Assembly: GCA_013265495.1 (NCBI GenBank)
Contig: MU057989.1
Span: 1,131,513 to 1,193,512, forward strand
DNA length: 62,000 nucleotides
DNA from: Vicugna vicugna
Taxonomy: Eukaryota
Reading direction: 5' to 3'
The notes beneath the pieces were generated by a model, which made no database searches, was not told the DNA's origin, and saw only the letters and a program-made list of their open reading frames with translations. The first letter of the stretch is position 1, and every line of letters begins with the position of its first letter. Shown here piece by piece: positions 56,301 through 62,000 of this stretch. A program made the position numbers and the translations under genes.

Positions 56301-57633
56301 GAGAACACCCTACGCAGCACCGCCGTCCCGTGGTATATATGTTCAATATGCAGATGTCCAGGCCCTTCTCCTAGCGATCGGTATTGCGGGCATGTGCATT
56401 TTAGCAAGTACCCAGGTCTGTTCGGGTGTGGGTGGTGCGCTAACCCATCACTCTTCAGTTAAGGATAGATCTGGAGCAACCCGGGCCAAACTTAGAAAGT
56501 GGCTCCTGGAGAGGGCCGCCAACCTCAGACCACCCACCCACCCCGCTGGGCAACCGACGCTTTCGGTTTATGGCTGAGGGGAGGGGTGAAAGACAGGAAA
56601 GTTTGCTGCGGAGACCCAGGTGCGGCGGACAGCCGCCTGGTGAGGCTAGAGGTGGCCTATGGGGCCCCGATTCCCCAAAAGCCCCAGCAACCCGGCCTGC
56701 CTCGCCCATCCAGCCAGCGGTGGCCGAGCTTTGTGCGGGGAGAGCGTGGCCGCGGCGCGCCTACAACTCCCACAATGCCGCACCGACGGGGCGCGGAGAA
56801 CTACAGCTCCCGGGAGGCGGCGCGCGGAGGTCCGCCTACTCCAAGAGGGCTGCAGAGTCACGTCCAGGCCTCTCTAGTAAACAGCGCCCGGGCGCGGGCG
56901 ACGAACGAGCGGGCGGCCGCCAACGTGCCCGGGTTCGCGGCGCTCCTGGCAGCCGCGCCGGCCCCTCGGGTCCCGCCCACCCCACACCCCCACTCCAGCA
57001 TGCCCCCCGACCCCGCTGCAGCCCTGCTCCCTGCAAACACTCACACCACCCAGCTCCCCGCCCCCCCCCGCGCCCGGAGCCGCGGCGTGGCTGCATTGTA
57101 GCTGCCTGCGCCATGGCCCCACGCGCGCCCGGGGCCCCCCAGACCCCCTTGGAGGGGGGGCGCTCAGAGAGCGATGAAGGAGGGAGAGGAAGGAAGCGCC
57201 GCGGGAGGGGGGAGGAGGAAGCGCGGGGGGGAAAGCCACCAGCACCAAGCATGGCCGGGACTGCTGCAGAACCACGTGGGTCTGTTTGCAATTTACAAAC
57301 GTCGCGACTCGCCCGCCTGCAGCGGACAAAAGTGACCAGGGCCGCTCGGGTCCCTCATGTTCTGAGGGAGGAGGGTCCCCGGGCGGCCGGAGCCCGGCAC
57401 GCGGGGCTGCAGCCGCCCCAGCGGCTAAGAAAGGCGAGAGGGTCCGCGGCTCGGGCCATGCGTGCGCACACGCGCGCCCGCCCGGGCGGGCTGGCCAGGG
57501 GCTGCAATCGTGGGAAGGGGGTGAGGGGGAGGAGGAGTACACACCTACAGAGCCCTCCTATCACTTCTTTCTCTGTTTTCCTGAAATGTTGCAAAGAGGG
57601 CACCTTCTGAGTGGGCACCATGAAATACTCCAT
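47137..57633 (-). CDS. TFAP4: Transcription factor AP-4, spliced CDS joining 57545-57633, 50464-50629, 50259-50357, 49667-49837, 48891-49031, 48128-48283, 47137-47331 (1017 nt, 338 aa)
   Basis: MEYFMVPTQKVPSLQHFRKTEKEVIGGLCSLANIPLTPETQRDQERRIRREIANSNERRRMQSINAGFQSLKTLIPHTDGEKLSKAAILQQTAEYI (bHLH), leucine zippers, Q-rich region and acidic C-terminus. All junctions are GT-AG and in frame. Confidence 0.97.
48128..48283 (-). CDS. TFAP4: TFAP4 exon 6 (P-rich, ...NLDTIVQ)
   Basis: tcgtag/ acceptor, CAG/GTATC donor, 156 nt. Confidence 0.95.
48580..48775 (+). mobile_element. MIR SINE relic
   Basis: GGGTTCAAATTCCTG...TTAAACCTTTCTGGATCTTCATTTCCTCATCAGTAAA core. Confidence 0.65.
48891..49031 (-). CDS. 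TFAP4: TFAP4 exon 5 (Q-rich)
   Basis: cgccag/ acceptor, CAG/GTGAGC donor, 141 nt. Confidence 0.96.
49667..49837 (-). CDS. TFAP4: TFAP4 exon 4
   Basis: ccccag/ acceptor, CAG/GTGAGG donor, 171 nt, ELSGSSPKRRRAEDKDEGIGSPDIW...MMLEEQ. Confidence 0.96.
50259..50357 (-). CDS. TFAP4: TFAP4 exon 3 (helix 2 and first zipper)
   Basis: ccttag/ acceptor, CAG/GTAGC donor, 99 nt, AAILQQTAEYIFSLEQEKTRLLQQNTQLKRFIQ. Confidence 0.95.
50464..50629 (-). CDS. TFAP4: TFAP4 exon 2 (basic region, helix 1, loop)
   Basis: ccgcag/ acceptor, AAG/GTGGG donor, 166 nt. Confidence 0.96.
54470..54625 (+). mobile_element. MIR SINE relic
   Basis: GCCACTTACTAGCTG...CCTCAGTTTCCCCATCTATAAAACAGGG core. Confidence 0.7.
54990..55111 (+). 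mobile_element. tRNA-derived SINE (Vic-1-like, long-tail form) with TSD
   Basis: GGGTATAGCTCAAGAGGTAGAGCGCATGC...GGTTCAATCCC...CCTAATTACCTCCCC; TSD AAGAACTTGA at 54980-54989 and 55112-55121, after a TTTT/AA site. Confidence 0.9.
57545..57633 (-). CDS. TFAP4: TFAP4 exon 1 coding part
   Basis: ATG at 57633, donor AG/GTGTGT, 89 nt. Confidence 0.95.
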
Positions 57634-57832
57634 AGCGATCGGCCCCCCTCCTCTGCACGAGCCAGGTCCCGCGGTCCGCCGGAGAATGCAAGATGAAAAT
57701 CCGAATCAAAGGGCAGCGCCGGACGGAGGTGCAGAATCGGCCGGTCCCAGATGCTGGCGGCGGCGGCGGCGGCGAGGGGAGGGAGGCGGGCGGGAGGGGC
57801 GGGAGGGAGGTCTCTCCGGCCTGCCTCCCCGG

Positions 57833-57854
57833 GCGTGTGTATGTGTGTGCGCGC

Positions 57855-57888
<34 letters not shown>
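57833..57888. repeat. (GT)n/(GC)n alternating purine-pyrimidine microsatellite near the TFAP4 start
   Basis: GCGTGTGTATGTGTGTGCGCGCGCGTGTGT...GT read directly. Confidence 0.95.
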
Positions 57889-57892
<4 letters not shown>

Positions 57893-59910
57893 AGCTGATC
57901 AGATGTCTGTTTCAAGGCGGGAAACAGCTGGTGAAAACTCAGCACTCCCCCGGCCTCCTTCCGCGGAGTAAGGAATTGCATGTAAACAAAGGACTATTTG
58001 CAGCGCCCCCCGGGCGGCGCGAGGCCGGGGCGAAAAGGGCGCGGGCCCCCGGGCGTGGGTGGCAGCCAAGGTCTGCGGGCCTACCCCCAGGCTTGGGGTG
58101 CGGGGGCTGCTGGCTGGCTCGGGGGGCGCGGCGTGAATGGAGCGAGCTGCGGCCGAGCTACATGCGCCACTATGGGTGATGAGGTCCATCAGCTGACAGG
58201 TTGGCAAGCGTAGCAAAAAAAAAAGGCAGCCACCGCGAGGGAGCCCAGCCCGTGCGCCGGAGGTCCGGCGGGGTCTGCCCGGTGCAGGGTTTAAGAACTC
58301 GGCGGCCTTTGCGGGACGGGGACGCGCAGCTGGGCCCGGCGAAGGTGGTTTGGGGTACTGCTCGGGGATTTTTCTTTTTCATGGTTGCAACTGCACGGAG
58401 AGGAGCCGCTCTGGCGCGTTCCCTCCGAGCCCAGGGCCCCCTGGAAACTTGCGTCACAGCCACCGCTTCCCACATGTAACTTGGGGCCGACTTCAGAGGC
58501 TGGTCAGCCCCCTCCCTCACTCCCTCCCTGCCCCGTTGCCCGCCTCTAGCCGTCCGCCTGGGCTCCAGAGCCTGGGAATCCCAGAGCTGGGGAGGGGAGG
58601 GTAAAGGGGGCGCGCCGGGCGCCTGGGATCCTGGGGCTGCCTTAGGAAGCAGGGGCCCCGGCGGGGAGGGAAGGGTGGAGGCAGGCCAGGACAGCAGCGG
58701 CCCGGGAGGCAGGCTGCCAGCACCAGCAGGAGGTCTAGTGGCTGCTGCCGGGTCCCCTCCAATCCCCTCTTGCTTTACCCCTCCGCTGGGAGGCTGGACA
58801 GCGGGAGGCCCGCCCCACCTTGGCCTGGGCTGGCAGAAGGCTGTCCCTTCCCATTCATGGCGAAGCCAGTGCGGCACTTGCTCCTCCGCCAGGGTGCGCC
58901 CTCCACTAGAGGTGAAGGCCTGGGACGGGGGTGGGAGGGACGCTGTGACCGTGAGCTTCCGTCCCCGCTTTCCGCGTCCCCTCCCCTGACTCCTGGAGGT
59001 TGGCCCCTGGCTCAGGAAGACCGCGCCTGCCTTGGAATGTCCTCCCTCCTGCCCACCGCCTTTCCAAATCCCACCCGCCTTCCAAGTTCCGCCCAAATCG
59101 CGCCTCTTAATTGAAATACTCCTACTGATAACAAGGATTATTGTTATTATTAGGAAATGTTATTGTTATTAGATATTTCAAGCATCTTGTAGATGCCTAG
59201 CAGTTTTGCGCAATTGTTTTCCCATCCTTAAAGTAAGCTGTTGGGCTGTTTCTTTAAAGTGCAGATCCTGAACCATGTAACATCACAGTCCCTGGGAGGC
59301 TTCACTCTGGGGACAGGAATGATGACACCTGGGGACAACATAGGATACAGGGCCACACAACTGTATACAACGTCCACAGGGCCTGAGTGAATGAACAAAT
59401 GAGAAATGGGTCTACCCCTTGCTTTCTTCTCCTACAGAAATGCCTTGACCCAGCCTGAGCCTGGTCCTGTGAGCACACTGTCACTCAGATTGGCCTCCCC
59501 TTTCTGTCAAAGGCGCCTTCTCATCTAGAGCCCTCTGCTGTCTCAGATGCACAAACCCAAACCCCCTCTGCCCTGGCTCAGCTGCTCCTGCCCCGAGGGC
59601 TGAAATACCATCACTGCCCCCACTGCCCCCCTCCAACGCTCTCCCATCACTTACCCACTTCACGACAGTAGCACAAGAAGCCCCCAAACTCTGGGCCATT
59701 TTCCATTCCCTGTATACTCCATACACCCCTTAGTCCGATCCACTCTCCCTCCCTTCCCAGCTCCTAAACTCGGGCCACTGTGTCCTCTGGAGCCCTCAGA
59801 GGGTGTTCAGCAAAATCCCCTTGATCCTCAGCTCCTGACTTGCCCCCTCACCTTCTTGCTCTAAATTAGGCATCAGCAAACTTTTTCTGTAAATGGCACG
59901 TAAAAGTTAT

Positions 59911-60375
59911 TTGTATTAGTTTCCTATTGCTACTGTCACAAACCACCATAAACTTAGTGGCTGAAAGCAACACAAATTCATTCTTGGGTACTCAGAAGTC
60001 CACGTGGGTTATTTTGGGCTAAAATCAAGATGTCAGCAGAGCTGCATTCCTTCTGAAGGTTCTAGGGTAGAATCCATTTGCTCCCCTCTTCCAGCTTCTA
60101 GAGGCTGCCTGCATTTCTTGGCTCCTGGCCCCTTCTTCCACCTCCAAAGTGCATGGCTCCAGCTGCTTCTGTCCTCATACCTCCTTCTCTGACTCTGACC
60201 CCCACTGTCATCCTTGTATGATGACCTTGGGCCCACGCAGATAAGCCAGAATAATTTCCCCACCTCACAATCCTTAATTATATCTTCAAAGCCCCTTTTG
60301 CCATGCAAGGTGACTTATTCACAGGTTCGGGGATTAGGATATGAACATCTTGGGAGCCATTTTTCTGTCTACCAT
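59911..60375 (-). mobile_element. MaLR solo LTR (MLT1-like)
   Basis: TGTATTAGTTTCCTATTGCT...CACCATAAACTTAGTGGCT...GGGATTAGGA...CTGTCTACCA. Confidence 0.82.
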
Positions 60376-60384
60376 ACCATCATT

Positions 60385-61085
60385 AGTTCATGGGTCACAA
60401 AACCTGGCAAAGGTTACGATGTGCCCCATCAATTCCATTCCTAGGTATATATGCAAAAGCCTGGAAACAGGGACTCAAACAGATAATCATATACCAGTAT
60501 TCACAGCAGCATTATTCGCAATAGCCCAAAGGTGAAAACCACTCAGGATCCATCAGTGGTTAAAGAGATACCCAAAATGTGGTCTATCCATACAAGGGAA
60601 TATTATTCAGCCTTAAAAAGGACTGAAGTTTTGTTAAATACTAAAGCATGGATGAACCCTGTAAACATGATGCTAAGTGAAGGAAACCAGATACAAAAAA
60701 AGTTACATGTTGTATGATTCCAATTCTGTGAAATATCTAGAACAGGCAAATTCATAGAGATAGAAAGTAGGTAAGAGTTTACCAGGGGCTAGGGGGAGGG
60801 GAGGTGGGGAGCAATTGCTTAACAGTTATGGAGTTCCTGTTCACCGTGATGGAAACTTTCAGAAATAGTGATTCACAACATTGTGAATATAATTAATGCA
60901 ACTGAATTGCACACTTTGTTTTTTATAACTTTTTTTTTAATGCAGGAACTGGGGATTGAACCCAGGACCTTGTGCATGCTAAGCATGTGCTCTACCACTG
61001 AGCTATACCCACCCCTCTGAATTGTATACTTTAAAATGGCAAATTTTATGTTATATATATTGTAGCACAGTAAAAAAAAAATGTT
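60385..61085 (+). mobile_element. Old L1 3' end (contains a nested SINE)
   Basis: CAATTCCATTCCTAGGTATAT...TATTATTCAGCCTTAAAAAGG...CACAGTAAAAAAAA. Confidence 0.85.
60918..61016 (-). mobile_element. tRNA-derived SINE (Vic-1-like) nested in L1
   Basis: Reverse-complement SINE head; diverged TSD CTGAATTGYAYACTTT at 60902-60917 and 61017-61032. Confidence 0.88.
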
Positions 61086-61149
61086 TAAAAGAAATGGTCG
61101 GTAGGCTGGATCTGACCCATGGGCTGTGGTTTGACGGACCCCATTGATC

Positions 61150-62000
61150 CGACCAATGCCTTTCTCCTTATCTTCTCACTTCCCTCCCATCCAGCTTAGA
61201 TTTCACAGCTCACCAATATAGTCACCTTGCATGCACTCTCCCTTGTGAGCCCAAGCCCCCACCTGCCCTGCTTCTGTCCCCTGGAGCTGAACAGTGCTGA
61301 GGAAAGGAAACCCCACAACCTGGCTGACTGCTCTTGTTTTTAATTGCTGGACCAAGGTCCTTAAGTGGCTCTTTGGGGCAGCTGGTGATACCTTCATCTT
61401 GCCCTGGTCCATCCTCCCTCCCACCTTTTCCTCTCTCCTCAAGACCTCTGTCACCTCCTCTCCCTCCTCACTCTCAGCTGATGACCTCATGTCCTGTTTC
61501 TCTGAGAAAATAGAAACAAGGAGAGGAATTCCACACGGTCCGGTCATCACCTCTGCCTTCCTGCCTGTACCTGAATTTTGCCCTCTGACCTGTGTCTGGA
61601 TGAGTGTCCATGCTCTGTCAGTGTATGGAGAATGTGTATTAATCAAAGATGTCTCTCAGTCAGCTGTCTCCTCTCCTGCGTCCTTACCTTGTACCCTCAC
61701 CAATAGTCGCTCCCACACTAAGAATAATCTGTCTTTATTCCCGTTTAAAAACAAAAACTCCACAAGACATCCCCTTCCAGCTACCCCTCTTTCACTGCTC
61801 CCCATCACTGCAAAACTCCCTGAAATGGGGGCTTATGCTTACCCTCCCCTCCTGCTCACTCCATCCAGCCCCAGGACTCCACCACAGCCGTTCCCACTGG
61901 TGACTCCAAAGAGCTCTCTTTTCTGTCTTTACTGTGTCTGGGACCTTCTTGACGTTCTTTTCTGCTTGGCACCTGAGATACCCACCGGGTATCACAGTCC
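61150..62000 (+). mobile_element. L2 LINE fragment
   Basis: CTCTCAGCTGATGACCTC...TCTGAGAAAATAGAA and pyrimidine-rich L2-like sequence. Confidence 0.65.

Larger units (their letters stand above)
56600..58720. promoter_or_regulatory. CpG island covering the TFAP4 promoter, exon 1 and start of intron 1
   Basis: Very GC- and CpG-dense; GC boxes; (GGC)6 at 57756-57773. Confidence 0.9.
59867..61146 (+). mobile_element. MER58-like hAT element split into termini (59867-59900 and ~61095-61146) by later insertions
   Basis: AGGCATCAGCAAACTTTTTCTGTAAATGGC and GGCTGGATCTGACCCATGGGCTGTGGTTTGACGGACCCC resemble the MER58A ends. Confidence 0.6.

Noticed and set aside
56499..59096. Long ORFs of 200-346 aa around the TFAP4 promoter
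   Set aside because: Stop-poor CpG-island sequence giving R/G/P/A-biased peptides in several overlapping frames; no recognisable domain.

Overview
Mammalian genomic DNA, probably camelid judging by the tRNA-derived Vic-1-like SINEs. It carries two complete minus-strand protein-coding genes that I reconstructed exon by exon with GT-AG junctions. SRL (sarcalumenin) has coding exons from 36006 to 3695: six constitutive exons give 473 aa, and an optional ~1008-nt acidic exon gives ~809 aa. TFAP4 (bHLH-ZIP AP-4) has seven coding exons from 57633 to 47137, giving 338 aa, with a 100-N assembly gap in its 3' UTR. Between the genes lies an orphan CpG-island promoter (~43.6-44.4 kb) with CTCF-like sites, at the position where human has the lncRNA LINC01569 (from recall). 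The rest is intronic or intergenic, with L1, L2, MIR, MLT, Tigger1, MER5/MER58 and SINE relics. Almost all other ORFs in the track are spurious. I see no convincing new protein-coding system. The best leads are regulatory: a MEF2 + E-box + CArG module in SRL intron 1, a MEF2/TATA composite at the SRL start, the orphan promoter, and the MYC, ZNF143, AP-4 and Z-DNA elements around TFAP4.
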